NCBI GenBank assembly: GCA_000002435.2
Contig: CM018789.1
Source of the DNA: Giardia intestinalis
Lineage: Eukaryota
Reading direction: 5' to 3' (one strand)
DNA: 64,000 bases
Positions within the stretch are counted from its first letter, which is position 1; each line of letters starts with the position of its first letter. The position numbers and the translations under genes are program-made. This document shows, in pieces, positions 46,332-57,253 of this stretch. A model generated the notes under the pieces. That model saw nothing but the letters and a program-made list of their open reading frames with translations, did no database searches and had not been told where the DNA came from.

Positions 46332-49300
46332 ATGGATCTATCCACATTTAAGGGCTTGAGCTTGCCAAAGAAACTCTCGCTCGTTTTTCAGCGTGATATT
46401 CTGCCAGAGAATATTAAGGAGGATGATATGAAGAACGTTCCATCCATGGTAGAAATCTCAAAGAGAAACCGCGAAAGAGTCCAGGATGATGCTAGCGATG
46501 AGTTAGCAGAGGAGGCAAGCGATGACTCGGCGCCAGGTTCAAGCCTATCAACCAAGAATGCCTTTGCAGGACCGCGTCATGAGGTAGAGGTCCTGGGCCA
46601 GCCCCACTGTCTCTCGGGAGGGCTGCTGAAGTCATATCAACTAGAGTCCCTTCAGTGGCTGGTTTCTATCAACCAGATATGCACTCACTTTCGGGCACAG
46701 TTTGTCTCCCTCCCCGACGATTTAACCTCCCTTATCCCCGTGGGGGCAACTCATAGGCGCACCACGCATTACGCTGAGATAAATGCCGCTCAAATAGGCG
46801 CTATCCTCGGAGACGAGATGGGGCTCGGAAAAACCATACAGACAATATCACTACTCGCGTTCTCTCATGAAACGCTTAAGGTTAAGATTCCACATCTGGT
46901 GATAGTCCCGAAGTCCACTCTACCGCAATGGGAGGCCGAGTTTGCGAAGTGGATACCCAGCTTTCAGGTTCTCACTGTCATCGGGGACAAGTTTCAGAGA
47001 GAAGAGATAATCAAGACCAAATTGATTAATGTGGAGACGCGTCCGCATGTGTGTCTGACAACATACGATGTTGTCCGTTTGGAGTTTAAGGAGTTGAGCA
47101 GGATACTCTGGTACTACATGATACTTGACGAGGGGCATAAGCTAAAGGATAACATGTCTCAGATATCTCATGTACTACGAGGATTTACAACGCTCCACAA
47201 GGTAATTCTTTCTGGGACGCCTCTCCAAAACAACTTACACGAGCTCTGGGCGTTGCTTAACTTTATTTCTCCCCTAATCTTTAATGTACCGGAGGATTTC
47301 GTGGGTCTCGTTCGAGGAGAGCTTCCCGACGGATCTGCTATGGAGCCCTCTCTGCGAGGTGAGCAGATTGGTGAAGAGTCTGTGACACTTGAAGTTAACG
47401 AAGAACTTTCTGAGATAACCGAGATCGCAACTGATACCACAACGGACACTACAAATACTCAGCCTGTAAGTAGCGTTTTAACCACTGACGAGTCTGTGGC
47501 TGCTAAAATGCACGATGTACTCAAGTTGTTCATTTTACGTCGCGAAAAGAAGGATGTAGAGTCTCTCCCTGCTAAGCGGGAATACCTCATTAATTGCGGG
47601 ATGACCAGTCTTCAGCGTTCGCTATACAAATCCCTTTTGGCTAAGGATCTGGGGTGCTTGGACAAAGTGTTACGTAGTAAGTCTAGCACATCTTCCATAG
47701 GCAAGACGTCTCTAATAAATATTGTGATGCAGTTGCGGAAGTGTGCGGATCACCCCTATCTCTTCAACGGGGTGGAGCCCCAGCCCTTTAAAGAGGGAGA
47801 TCACATCGTCAATGTTAGTGGAAAAATGGTCGTTCTGGACAAGCTCATTACACGGATTAAGGCAATTAACGAGAAGGTCTTGGTGTTTTGTCAGATGACA
47901 AGCATGCTTAACATAATAGAGGACTACCTACGATACCGTGAATATTTGTATTGTCGGATAGATGGCAGCACAGACTTGGAGACCCGAGCAAAGTACATGC
48001 AAATGTTTAACACCCCCACCAATCCTGCCTTTGTATTTCTTCTTAGTACACGCGCTGGATGTCTCGGCCTCAACTTGACAGCGGCAAATCACGTAATTAT
48101 TTACCAGCAAGACTTTAACCCTCAGGCTGACCTTCAAGCAGTAGCGCGCGCATACAGATTACTTCAAACAAAGGAGGTCTTTGTGTACCGCCTCCTTGCA
48201 GAGAATACAGTCGACACACGCATCTATGAGCGTGCTCAGCTGAAGCTGGGACTAGATAACCTGATAATACAGACAGGAAATTTCGCTAACAACCCACACA
48301 TTGATAAGCTACTTGGAGACGCGGATCTGAAGTCGAAAACCATGACCCGTAACCAATTGCTGGACATGATTGCAGTTAGCTCTGAGAATCTTTTCACAGA
48401 GAGCCAAAAGAACACTGAAGATGCTGAAGAAGCCCACAACTACGACATCCCCGAAATTCAGATTAATGATAGCAAGTTAGACGAGTTGCTTAACACAGCC
48501 TTGCGCAGAAAGGATGATGTATCTGGCCAGCTAAACCAGAAGATAAAGAGTGCCAATGAAATCATAAGCAAGTTGGCGTCAGATGGAAAGCTAGAGCATA
48601 TAAATACTGATGAGCTTTATCAGTTTGAAGGCATGAGCTATACGAAGAGCAATCTCAAGAAGATCACTGACTTCTTGCATCGCGAGAGAACTGAGAAGGA
48701 AGAGGCTGAGCGGCTAAAGCGGATAGCGGCAATTTCGCTCATAGCTGATGTGGCAGAGAAGGGTAGCGGGAGAGCAGCAAAGGACAAGCGACAGTACCCT
48801 ACGATGCGCAAGCTGAAACTAGCGGCAGACGTTTACAAAGCTGATATTCAATTGCTGCCGCCACGATACTACGAGTTGTTGGGGAAAATAGCTAACGAAA
48901 TATCATCCCAAATCGAACCTACCATGAATGCAAACAAGGAGTTAGAGTACGCCGACTTCGCCAGGGAACGTGGGTATGTCCGGCCAGAGCTTCCGGGACT
49001 CAACCAGGAGGAGCTGACTGAGTTCTACTCGTTTCTCGGCGATGGGTGTCCATACCTTGCAGACGGGAAAGAAATTTCACGCCGTGAATTCAACCTACTC
49101 CTTACTGCGCTTTGTGATTATGATGTAGAGCTGTATGCTGACATAACGGGTGTGCGGCGCGTTTCATATGACAAAAGTGAAAAGCTCCTCCATGGTGGGC
49201 CAAAGGGTCCCGGAGTGCCCCCTGGGACGGAGAACTCGGCACAGAAGGCTCTGCGCATGGCGGTAACGGCTGTTGCTGCACAAACACGAGGGCTAAGTGC

Positions 49301-50162
49301 CTCTCCTGGCGTGCGCATCCCGCTGGTACTGGATGGTGCCGAGGGAAAGCTGGTCCATATCAACCGAACGGAAAACTTACTCCCTGATGTTATAGAGCAA
49401 GTCGGGAGCGACGGGAAGATACGTCGCATTCGGCAAACACTGGGCCCCGGACTTTCTGAAAACGACCGTATCCGCGTCATTGCAGAAATCCCTAACGATT
49501 GCCCTGTGATTATTGATAGCGAGTATTGCATTGAAATAAGCGGCCGAGAAAATCTAGACATTGTGTTCCTAGCGTTTGCAGAGAAACTGCGAACTGGTCG
49601 TGAATCTGCGCTCCGGTTTTCTAAGGCAGAGGTTGTCAACTATTGTAACGCTCTTTTGCAAAATATAAACTGTCTTGATGAAGCAGATAGAATAAAGGCT
49701 CGTATCGATAGAACTCGGAAGAAGCGTCGAGCCTATTTTAAGCGCGTCCTTCTTCTGCGGCGGTGGATAGACAGCTATACCAATCCCTTGTATCAATTAC
49801 CGGTACCTATCGTCGTCAACCAGAAGCGCTTCTATTCAGATCTAGAGGATCGCTTCATCCTTGTCATGCTAGATCTTTTTGGGTACGGCTGTTGGCACGA
49901 GATTGTAATGCAAATCCGATTGAGCCCTCTTTTCGCATTTGATTGGTGGTTCAAGACACGTACTGAGGATGAGATCGCACACCGCGCAGAGCGCTTGGTT
50001 CGCTACTTGGAACAGGACTTTAAGCAAGTCTCTGATGATGAAGATGAGTACAGCGACCTGCCATTTGTTCAACAAAAGAGACGCGGGCCCCGCCCAAAAG
50101 ACGGGTCTGATTATGAGCCAGATGATGCAAAACCTGCGACCGCGCGCAAGCGCAAACAGTGA
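46332..50162 (+). CDS. SNF2-family chromatin-remodelling ATPase, ISWI-like, with SLIDE-like C-terminal domain
   Basis: 1276 aa with the helicase motifs 'GDEMGLGKTIQ', 'YMILDEGHKLKD', 'ILSGTPLQNNLHELWALLNF', 'VLVFCQMTSMLNIIEDYL' and 'RAGCLGLNLTAANHVIIYQQDFNPQADLQAVARAYRLLQ'. The C-terminal 'EDRFILVMLDLFGYGCWHEIVMQIRLSPLFAFDWWFKTRTEDEI' matches the ISWI SLIDE 'EEDRFLICMLHKMGF...RNAPQFRFDWFIKSRTAME'. Motif VI 'DRAHRIGQ' is altered to 'ARAYRLLQ'. Confidence 0.85.
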   Translation: MDLSTFKGLSLPKKLSLVFQRDILPENIKEDDMKNVPSMVEISKRNRERVQDDASDELAEEASDDSAPGSSLSTKNAFAGPRHEVEVLGQPHCLSGGLLKSYQLESLQWLVSINQICTHFRAQFVSLPDDLTSLIPVGATHRRTTHYAEINAAQIGAILGDEMGLGKTIQTISLLAFSHETLKVKIPHLVIVPKSTLPQWEAEFAKWIPSFQVLTVIGDKFQREEIIKTKLINVETRPHVCLTTYDVVRLEFKELSRILWYYMILDEGHKLKDNMSQISHVLRGFTTLHKVILSGTPLQNNLHELWALLNFISPLIFNVPEDFVGLVRGELPDGSAMEPSLRGEQIGEESVTLEVNEELSEITEIATDTTTDTTNTQPVSSVLTTDESVAAKMHDVLKLFILRREKKDVESLPAKREYLINCGMTSLQRSLYKSLLAKDLGCLDKVLRSKSSTSSIGKTSLINIVMQLRKCADHPYLFNGVEPQPFKEGDHIVNVSGKMVVLDKLITRIKAINEKVLVFCQMTSMLNIIEDYLRYREYLYCRIDGSTDLETRAKYMQMFNTPTNPAFVFLLSTRAGCLGLNLTAANHVIIYQQDFNPQADLQAVARAYRLLQTKEVFVYRLLAENTVDTRIYERAQLKLGLDNLIIQTGNFANNPHIDKLLGDADLKSKTMTRNQLLDMIAVSSENLFTESQKNTEDAEEAHNYDIPEIQINDSKLDELLNTALRRKDDVSGQLNQKIKSANEIISKLASDGKLEHINTDELYQFEGMSYTKSNLKKITDFLHRERTEKEEAERLKRIAAISLIADVAEKGSGRAAKDKRQYPTMRKLKLAADVYKADIQLLPPRYYELLGKIANEISSQIEPTMNANKELEYADFARERGYVRPELPGLNQEELTEFYSFLGDGCPYLADGKEISRREFNLLLTALCDYDVELYADITGVRRVSYDKSEKLLHGGPKGPGVPPGTENSAQKALRMAVTAVAAQTRGLSASPGVRIPLVLDGAEGKLVHINRTENLLPDVIEQVGSDGKIRRIRQTLGPGLSENDRIRVIAEIPNDCPVIIDSEYCIEISGRENLDIVFLAFAEKLRTGRESALRFSKAEVVNYCNALLQNINCLDEADRIKARIDRTRKKRRAYFKRVLLLRRWIDSYTNPLYQLPVPIVVNQKRFYSDLEDRFILVMLDLFGYGCWHEIVMQIRLSPLFAFDWWFKTRTEDEIAHRAERLVRYLEQDFKQVSDDEDEYSDLPFVQQKRRGPRPKDGSDYEPDDAKPATARKRKQ

Positions 50163-50299
50163 CACATAGCTAACTAAATACTGCACCACAGAAAGTAAAG
50201 TGAACCCTTATCATATCATCATCATATCAAAAACATTTACTGGCCAGATTGCGTACTCAATCCATGCAAAGACCAGAGCAAAACATACGTAACTGGAAG

Positions 50300-53200
50300 C
50301 TAAGATCTCCCAGCCACGGAATCCATCCTTTCTGCTACACGTGCAATAGAAAGAAAGACCTCCTCAAGAGTTGTCTGACGAATAGACCATTCGCGGATGA
50401 ACGCCGACCCCTCTATTTTCTGTAGGAATGTGCACATGGCCTGGCTGTCGCTGGTCTTGGGAACAGCAAGCGTGAGGTGCCCTCCTGCTTTTCCTACCAA
50501 AACAGCCTGTGGATAATATGTATTGATCAACTCGTCGCGAACACGCAAAACATCGCCCTCGTCCACATCCATGTCTAGCCGATAACCAGTGCCATATTTC
50601 TTTTTCAGATGAGACGAATTGCTTGAACAGCGCAGTACTCCCTTGGCTATTATTCCTATCCTATCTGAGAGGACATCTGTCTCCTCCATGCAATGGGATG
50701 TTAGTATAATTAGGCGATTCAACTTATACTTTTGAATCGCATCCCATACCTTACGGCGCGAAATAGGATCCAGCCCAGACGTCGGCTCGTCCATGAATAT
50801 GACACGAGGGTTTCCTACGCAGGCCAGGGCTATTGTGAGGCGGCGCTTCATACCACCAGAGAGGCTTCTCGACGGAAAATTGGCACTTTCCTGAAGGCTC
50901 ACATCAATAAGACGCTCAAATATCAACTCCTTTTCGCCAGGTTTCCATTTCTTATGATTCTTCTTCTTAGTTTCTAAAGCAACAGGCTTTCCCCGCTCCA
51001 AGGAGCTGACAAGCCCTGCTTTGGAGACAATCTCCCGTGCTCTTTGAAGTTCCTCCAGGTCCTCAGCATAATTGACCCCTCGCATATTGCAAAAGAACTT
51101 TATGTGCTCTGCAGGAGTTAGGTCCGGCCACAGAATGTCAAACTGAGGCGCATACCCAATGAGCTGGGACACCTTCTGACGCTGGTGCACAATGCTGTAC
51201 CCCTCTATGGTGACGTATCCGGAGGTTGGCTTGAGGGTTCCCGTCAGGACCGAGAGAGTCGTCGACTTGCCAGCGCCGTTCGGACCCAGGAGCCCATATA
51301 TTGTGTTGCGTGGAATGCTGAGACTCAGGTTTTTCACTGCATGCTTAGCCGGAAGCCACTTAATACCGCAGAACTTCGAATATGTGACATTGAGATCATA
51401 GATCAGAATCGAGGAGGTGCGGACCTTATTGTACTCAGCCGTTCCCGGAGGAGAAAGCACATACTTATACTGCTTGAGCACGTCCTTATCCCACCCCTCC
51501 AAGGGCTGAGGGCGGCGGTACCCCGGCTTATGCGAGTCTGGAGGGGGAGGCGTTCTGATGAAGCCCCAGAAGTTTAAAGTGAAAGGTGCCCAGAGATGCA
51601 TGCTCGCACCATGTGCAGCCGGGAGAATCAGGTCAATGTACGCTGCCAGGAAGCACTGGGCCACACAGATCGCCAGCTGCATCAGAATTGCAAACAGGAC
51701 AGTATGGCCGCAATCGTATGCCTCCGGACCGCAGTAGAAGCCTCCTGTTTCGGCAACAACCTTATCCATCTGAACCGATGCTGTGCTAGCAGAGACGCAC
51801 GCTCCTGTGAACTTTGCAACGTCTCTCAAGGTAAACTTCAGAGGTACAGATGGCATGTTATTTAGGGCAAACGGAACAGTTTTGAGCGAGATAAGAAACA
51901 TGGCTTGAAAGGCATGCGTAGGGAAGAACAGCCAGAACCCCGAGAACCCGCCGTTTTCGGGGTACATCACCCGGTGCGTGCTTGTCATAAGACCCAGCCC
52001 AGCTAATACTATCACCATCAAAAACGCAGTAAAACCCACAGCCTGGGCATGGTGCAGGAGGGACGCCATAACAAACGAAAAGCTAACGGCACCGAAATAA
52101 AGCAGCCAGATGATTACAAAGTTTATGATCCACGGACTGTTGATCCAATATGTGGCCTTGCTTAGCAAACCTGCAACGTTGACTAAGACAGACAGGAGGG
52201 CGGACAGGGCGACACCAATAACAATGTTACTTAGCCAATAGGCGGAGTCAAGCATTCCAATGGTATGGAGAGACTGGCGGAGTTTCGTCTCCTTCTCCGC
52301 AACCAACTGGTACATAAACACATAAAAGAGAACAACTGTAGAGGTCCCCAAAATCGGTGCTGCTAGGGTTGAGATTTTATTTGAGAAGTCGTCGTCTGTG
52401 TAGTATTCAAGATCCGGAAGCCACTGTATGGACATGTCGTTATCGTATCTTACCCGCCCATTCTTGATTGCAGTGGCGGCATACTTTAAATCATCGGATG
52501 TAAAGCCTTCTATTTTCGAGATAAAGATATTCTCCAAAAGATAGCGTGTAATTGCATGTTCCGTAAGACGCTGTGCACGATACGGATCAAAATACGAAGG
52601 ATCTAGGGGGTCGGCATAGACCTTCTTGAAATAGTCCGAGACACGCCACACGTAAAACAGTGAGATATTGTCTACTTTTGGATTCCGCAGCTCAAAGGTG
52701 AACGAGGCGTGATATTTGTCTGGCTCTGCGCTCACGTTTAAAGCACATGCAAGTTCGTTTTCAAATCCAATGACCTGATCGTCCAGCAAAGGAGGATCAA
52801 ATGCCTCTTTTAGATACTTTACAAAGGCAGCCATGGTAGGGTCTGCCAGAGGGTAGTAGGCCAGTCTCTTTGTCATATCGAATTGCCCTATGTCCACTGG
52901 ATCATGCCATACAGTGGGCACCTTAACCTGATAGGAGGGTCCGGTAATGATAAAGACCGAGAGGGGCGGAATCAAAAGGAGGAGCGCCAAGAGGATTGGG
53001 TGTCTGATAAGTACGAGGATATTCTTGATGAGAAGGACCTTGATCTGCCGCGAAAAGAGCGTCCGCCAATTGTCCACCCTAATTTGGTTCAGCACACCTT
53101 CGTCGCTGAGTTCTACGGCTGAGGACGCGGCATCCTTATGGGGCTTTGGCCCACGCTTACGTCTAGAGAAGGAAACTCGAGGCTTCTTTATCGGCAAAAT

Positions 53201-53497
53201 AACCGCGCCATCTGGTTGCAAGCTAGACGAGCCAGCAGGGACAGTCTTGACGTGTGACTCGACGGGCCCCATCCCCATGTCATCAACTCCGAAATAGGCG
53301 CTTGAGTCATGCAGCTCACGCACATCCTTGTGGACACTACTAGCCGCAAAGCTCCCGTTTCCGATGACTTCACTGAAAACCTTGGATGCCGAACTAAAGG
53401 ATTTGTTTTGGTCTGAGTAAAGCCCGCAAGAGCCAGAATGGCCGTCGTGCCGAAATAGGTCTTGACCCGGCAACGGGTCAAACAAAGTTGTCTTCAT
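50300..53497 (-). CDS. ABC transporter, ABCA-like half-transporter (TMD-NBD)
   Basis: 1065 aa; ABCA-type start 'WRTLFSRQIKVLLIKNILVLIRHP'; a membrane domain of ~6-7 helices; Walker A 'GLLGPNGAGKSTT', signature 'LSGGMKRRL', Walker B 'VIFMDEPTSGLD' and an H-loop 'LTSHCMEE'. Confidence 0.85.
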   Translation of the reverse strand: MKTTLFDPLPGQDLFRHDGHSGSCGLYSDQNKSFSSASKVFSEVIGNGSFAASSVHKDVRELHDSSAYFGVDDMGMGPVESHVKTVPAGSSSLQPDGAVILPIKKPRVSFSRRKRGPKPHKDAASSAVELSDEGVLNQIRVDNWRTLFSRQIKVLLIKNILVLIRHPILLALLLLIPPLSVFIITGPSYQVKVPTVWHDPVDIGQFDMTKRLAYYPLADPTMAAFVKYLKEAFDPPLLDDQVIGFENELACALNVSAEPDKYHASFTFELRNPKVDNISLFYVWRVSDYFKKVYADPLDPSYFDPYRAQRLTEHAITRYLLENIFISKIEGFTSDDLKYAATAIKNGRVRYDNDMSIQWLPDLEYYTDDDFSNKISTLAAPILGTSTVVLFYVFMYQLVAEKETKLRQSLHTIGMLDSAYWLSNIVIGVALSALLSVLVNVAGLLSKATYWINSPWIINFVIIWLLYFGAVSFSFVMASLLHHAQAVGFTAFLMVIVLAGLGLMTSTHRVMYPENGGFSGFWLFFPTHAFQAMFLISLKTVPFALNNMPSVPLKFTLRDVAKFTGACVSASTASVQMDKVVAETGGFYCGPEAYDCGHTVLFAILMQLAICVAQCFLAAYIDLILPAAHGASMHLWAPFTLNFWGFIRTPPPPDSHKPGYRRPQPLEGWDKDVLKQYKYVLSPPGTAEYNKVRTSSILIYDLNVTYSKFCGIKWLPAKHAVKNLSLSIPRNTIYGLLGPNGAGKSTTLSVLTGTLKPTSGYVTIEGYSIVHQRQKVSQLIGYAPQFDILWPDLTPAEHIKFFCNMRGVNYAEDLEELQRAREIVSKAGLVSSLERGKPVALETKKKNHKKWKPGEKELIFERLIDVSLQESANFPSRSLSGGMKRRLTIALACVGNPRVIFMDEPTSGLDPISRRKVWDAIQKYKLNRLIILTSHCMEETDVLSDRIGIIAKGVLRCSSNSSHLKKKYGTGYRLDMDVDEGDVLRVRDELINTYYPQAVLVGKAGGHLTLAVPKTSDSQAMCTFLQKIEGSAFIREWSIRQTTLEEVFLSIARVAERMDSVAGRS

Positions 53498-53579
53498 TCT
53501 ACAATTTTAAATCCCAACCGTGCAATGATGACTTGTAATTGTCAAATTTTGAAAGTAAAGGGCATCAAAATTCGTCTGC

Positions 53580-56500
53580 ATGTCAGAGTTTGAACAGCTA
53601 TACGAGAAGATACACGTCAAGCCGCCGTTCAATGAAGAAAAGGTGGTCCCGGTAGTGCACAGGGAATCCGGCCGCATATGCGCACACATGCGTATCCCAT
53701 TATCGACCCTGACAGACTCTTCTCGAAGCCTTGTAGATAAGGAGATAATGATAATGGCCAGACTCACACACCCCGCCGTTTCATCTTTCAAGCAAGTAAT
53801 CTACGCACAAGACGCCATTCACATTGTTATGGATTACCACGGCGTTGAGACCCTTCAGGATTTCATAGATCGCCACCGTGAACTCTCTAAGATAGTGGAC
53901 GAGGCTACGATATGGTCCATTGCGGCGCAACTCCTGGATTGTGTCGTCTATCTTCATAGTATGTTCAAAGCAAATGCTGATGGAGTTTCACGCGTCTATC
54001 ATCAACACATCTCTCCCGCTAACATCACTATAGATCCATTGCTAAATCTGCGGCTAATAGACTTTCAGGGGATACGGCTCGCCAGAGACTCCACATACAG
54101 ACAGACCCTAGCAAGGTATTCAGATGTGGCTCCAGAGATGCGGTCAGGGGCGCCAGGAACTGATCGATCAGATATTTGGGCCATAGGTGCAACCCTGTAT
54201 TATCTTGCTACCTTGACCCCATTCATGGACTCTGTGGCCTCCACTGGGTACGTTGTGGATACCAGCAACAGCCCTCACGCATTTCAGCTCAATAATTATT
54301 CATCAGAACTGGTGAAATTTATTACCCTGCTCTGTGCAGATTCTCCAGCAGACCGGCCGTCTGCCAGTGACCTGATCCAGTATCCTGCAGTGAGGTCCGC
54401 ACTACAAGACGTTGAAGCGCAAAGACGCCTGGCACAGACACCAGAAAAAGACCCTTACCTTCGTCAGGCGTATGTTGCTTCTAACGTTAAAACGGTCTTA
54501 ATGCAAGCGGCCGAGTTCAATGACCCTGTGCGATGTATTCATAGGATTAATTATGAGGCTCGCACAAAACTGGCAGAGACAAACGAAACCGCCCTTCAGC
54601 TAGCTCTGAATGCTGGGAACTTACAACTTGCGCACCTCTTGACGCCCCTGGAGGGGTACCAATTACCCCTGACCCACGAGATGCTAGTTCGCACCCCGAG
54701 AAAGACGGAGCTTATGCTTGCAGCAGAGAGTGGAAACATAATTAAGGCCTGGCATTTTCTTAACGCACAAGCCAACATTTTGGATGTCAATGGAAAGACA
54801 GCACTTATGTATGCAGCAGAATGGGGGTACATTTCAATTGTCAGGCTCCTCATCCTTAAGGAATCCCGTCTTTCAATGCGCGACTGTGGTTCAACGGCCT
54901 TAATGCTTGCCACACGCAACGGACATAGTCTTGTAGCTAGGATTCTCGCTGATAGAGAGTCGCGGCTTGTCAACAAGCAGGGGATGTCTGCCCTCATATT
55001 TGCGGTGTATCGTGGAGATGTTCCACTAGTGCAAACTCTGGTAGACAAGGAAAGTCGGATTACCGACCGCAACGGAGACACCGCTTTGCTGCATGCAGTG
55101 CGGCTATTGACTGTGGACGAAACTGTGTACGGTATCCCTCATGCAAGTCTTCTAGAGATCATCAAGCTCTTAGCTCCTCGCGAAGCTCGGTTCATCAGCA
55201 CTAGAGACAAACGGAGTGCTCTTATGATTGCAGCAGAGCAGAATTGTTACGAAGCTGTGTCCATTCTTGCAGAATATGAAACGCATCTAAGAACATCTAA
55301 AGGGTGGACGGCTCTCATGCTTGCTGCTAAGTCAGGCGCTGTACAAGCGGCTCAGATACTCGCAGAAAAGGAAGCGGGAAGCGTAAGCTACAACAATACG
55401 TGTGCCTTTAAGATCGCTGCTCTAAACGGCCAGACAGAGATATGTAAAATCCTGTACAATCTGGAAGGCCCGCTCGTGGAAACTACCTTTGGTTTTTCAT
55501 TCATGAGCCTTGCTGCTACAATCAACAACTATCAGTACATAGAAATGTATAAAGAACACTTTCTCCAGCAACGTGACGCAGATGGGACAACGGCCTTGAT
55601 GCTCTCTGCCATAGGAAACCATATAGAGACAACTAAAATACTGCTGAATGATGAGGCTGGGCTCACGCGCAAGGACGGAGAGACCGCCCTCAGTCTCGCT
55701 CTGAAGGCAGGAAGCTTCGACACAGCGGCTCTTCTTCTTCGAGACGAGAGCGGCACAATTGAAGTGTCGAATATGGAATCAGGCAGGAAGACGGACCTAA
55801 TGCGGGCGGCCTCTTCTAATGACATCGTAAAGGTTTTCTACCTGAAGGACTCACAGGGCAGACTTACAGATTTGGTTGGCAAGACAGCACTTATGTATGC
55901 TGCCGAAGCCGGGCACCTCCCGGCAATCAAGATTCTAGCCCCTATAGAGGCAACAATGACAGTGCAACAGAATAACAAGTTTGTGGGGATGTGTGCCCTC
56001 TCGTTTGCTATCGACAAAAAGCACTTGCATGTTGTTAGGTACCTGTTAAAATACGAGAAGGATTGCGTCGATGGCTTCAAGCAAACAGCCCTAATGCGCG
56101 CAGCTCGTATAAATAATAGAGAAGCTGTCGAGATGCTTCTCCCTTACCTGGCCAAAAGGAGGAATGACATGCAATGGACGTCCTTGATGCTCGCTGTTTC
56201 TGAGAAGTGCGTCGATGCAGTCAGAATCCTAGTTCATAGCGAGGCCACCGAGCGCGATGACAAGGGAATGACGGCCTTGATGCGAGCAGTTCAGCTCAAC
56301 CACGTTGAAATTGCTGACATTCTAATTCCATATGAGGCCATGCTCACAAAGGATGACGGCACAACAGCCCTGATGATAGCGGCATCCAAGGGATATCTTG
56401 ACCTAGTGAAGCTTCTGCACTATAGAGAGGGCGGCCGTGTAACGCGGGATGGAACCACAGCCCTAATGCTTGCATCAGAGGTAGGGTGCACGGAGGCTGT

Positions 56501-57206
56501 CTCCTTGCTACTGGATACTGAAGCAGGACGGAAGTCCAACAAAGGGTGGACCGCGCTCATCATGGCGGCGCAAAATGGGCATGCAGACTGTGTGCGCGTG
56601 CTGAAAGCAAAAGAGGCTCGAGAGCGCGACTCAATGGGTTGGTCGGCCCTTATTTGGGCCTCTGCTAAAGGGCATCTCAAAGTCGTTATGGAGCTGCGGG
56701 ATTTAGAAGCAGGAGGAAAGCGTGCAACAGGTGGGACGGCTATGATGGCTGCTGCCGAGCGAGGCCACGTAGCAGTCGTCAAGGCCCTGATGGACTACGA
56801 AGCAGGGATGCAAGACAGCGACGGGAAAACGGCGACCATCTATGCTGCGATTAACGGGCACGCATCCATTGTTCGCCTTCTTGTAGAAAAGGAGGCTAAC
56901 CTTTGCGATACACTAAAGCAGACGGCGCTTATGTTTGCTGTTCAAAACAAGCATGCTGATTGCATTCGCTTGCTTATAGACTTTGAGCAGAACAGTCGTG
57001 ACATATATGGGAAGGCTGCTGCAGACATGACCGACGATCCGGCAATAAAGAAGCTGTTTGAGTCCTCCCTCAGTGCATCAACAGCACTGTCTAGGTCGAC
57101 TACCTGTCAGCTAGGCTCCTCCCGAACGATCACCAGCGGTGCGTCCATTCTGGCAGTGGAGGCTGTTGAGGCTGCCAGCCACGAGAATAGGACGGTCCAA
57201 AGCTAA
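53580..57206 (+). CDS. NEK-like pseudokinase fused to a long ankyrin-repeat array
   Basis: The N-terminal ~270 aa have a kinase fold with NEK subdomain IX 'SDIWAIGATLYYL' and 'APEM'. The catalytic motifs are degenerate: there is no GxGxxG, HRD is 'HQHISPANITID', and DFG is 'DFQG'. About 25 ankyrin repeats follow (GKTALMYAAEWGY..., GWTALMLAAKSGA..., GTTALMIAASKGY...). Confidence 0.75.
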   Translation: MSEFEQLYEKIHVKPPFNEEKVVPVVHRESGRICAHMRIPLSTLTDSSRSLVDKEIMIMARLTHPAVSSFKQVIYAQDAIHIVMDYHGVETLQDFIDRHRELSKIVDEATIWSIAAQLLDCVVYLHSMFKANADGVSRVYHQHISPANITIDPLLNLRLIDFQGIRLARDSTYRQTLARYSDVAPEMRSGAPGTDRSDIWAIGATLYYLATLTPFMDSVASTGYVVDTSNSPHAFQLNNYSSELVKFITLLCADSPADRPSASDLIQYPAVRSALQDVEAQRRLAQTPEKDPYLRQAYVASNVKTVLMQAAEFNDPVRCIHRINYEARTKLAETNETALQLALNAGNLQLAHLLTPLEGYQLPLTHEMLVRTPRKTELMLAAESGNIIKAWHFLNAQANILDVNGKTALMYAAEWGYISIVRLLILKESRLSMRDCGSTALMLATRNGHSLVARILADRESRLVNKQGMSALIFAVYRGDVPLVQTLVDKESRITDRNGDTALLHAVRLLTVDETVYGIPHASLLEIIKLLAPREARFISTRDKRSALMIAAEQNCYEAVSILAEYETHLRTSKGWTALMLAAKSGAVQAAQILAEKEAGSVSYNNTCAFKIAALNGQTEICKILYNLEGPLVETTFGFSFMSLAATINNYQYIEMYKEHFLQQRDADGTTALMLSAIGNHIETTKILLNDEAGLTRKDGETALSLALKAGSFDTAALLLRDESGTIEVSNMESGRKTDLMRAASSNDIVKVFYLKDSQGRLTDLVGKTALMYAAEAGHLPAIKILAPIEATMTVQQNNKFVGMCALSFAIDKKHLHVVRYLLKYEKDCVDGFKQTALMRAARINNREAVEMLLPYLAKRRNDMQWTSLMLAVSEKCVDAVRILVHSEATERDDKGMTALMRAVQLNHVEIADILIPYEAMLTKDDGTTALMIAASKGYLDLVKLLHYREGGRVTRDGTTALMLASEVGCTEAVSLLLDTEAGRKSNKGWTALIMAAQNGHADCVRVLKAKEARERDSMGWSALIWASAKGHLKVVMELRDLEAGGKRATGGTAMMAAAERGHVAVVKALMDYEAGMQDSDGKTATIYAAINGHASIVRLLVEKEANLCDTLKQTALMFAVQNKHADCIRLLIDFEQNSRDIYGKAAADMTDDPAIKKLFESSLSASTALSRSTTCQLGSSRTITSGASILAVEAVEAASHENRTVQS

Positions 57207-57253
57207 ACCTTGCACAGGAGTTTACCCAAATAGCAATCTTATCACAGGGCGAC

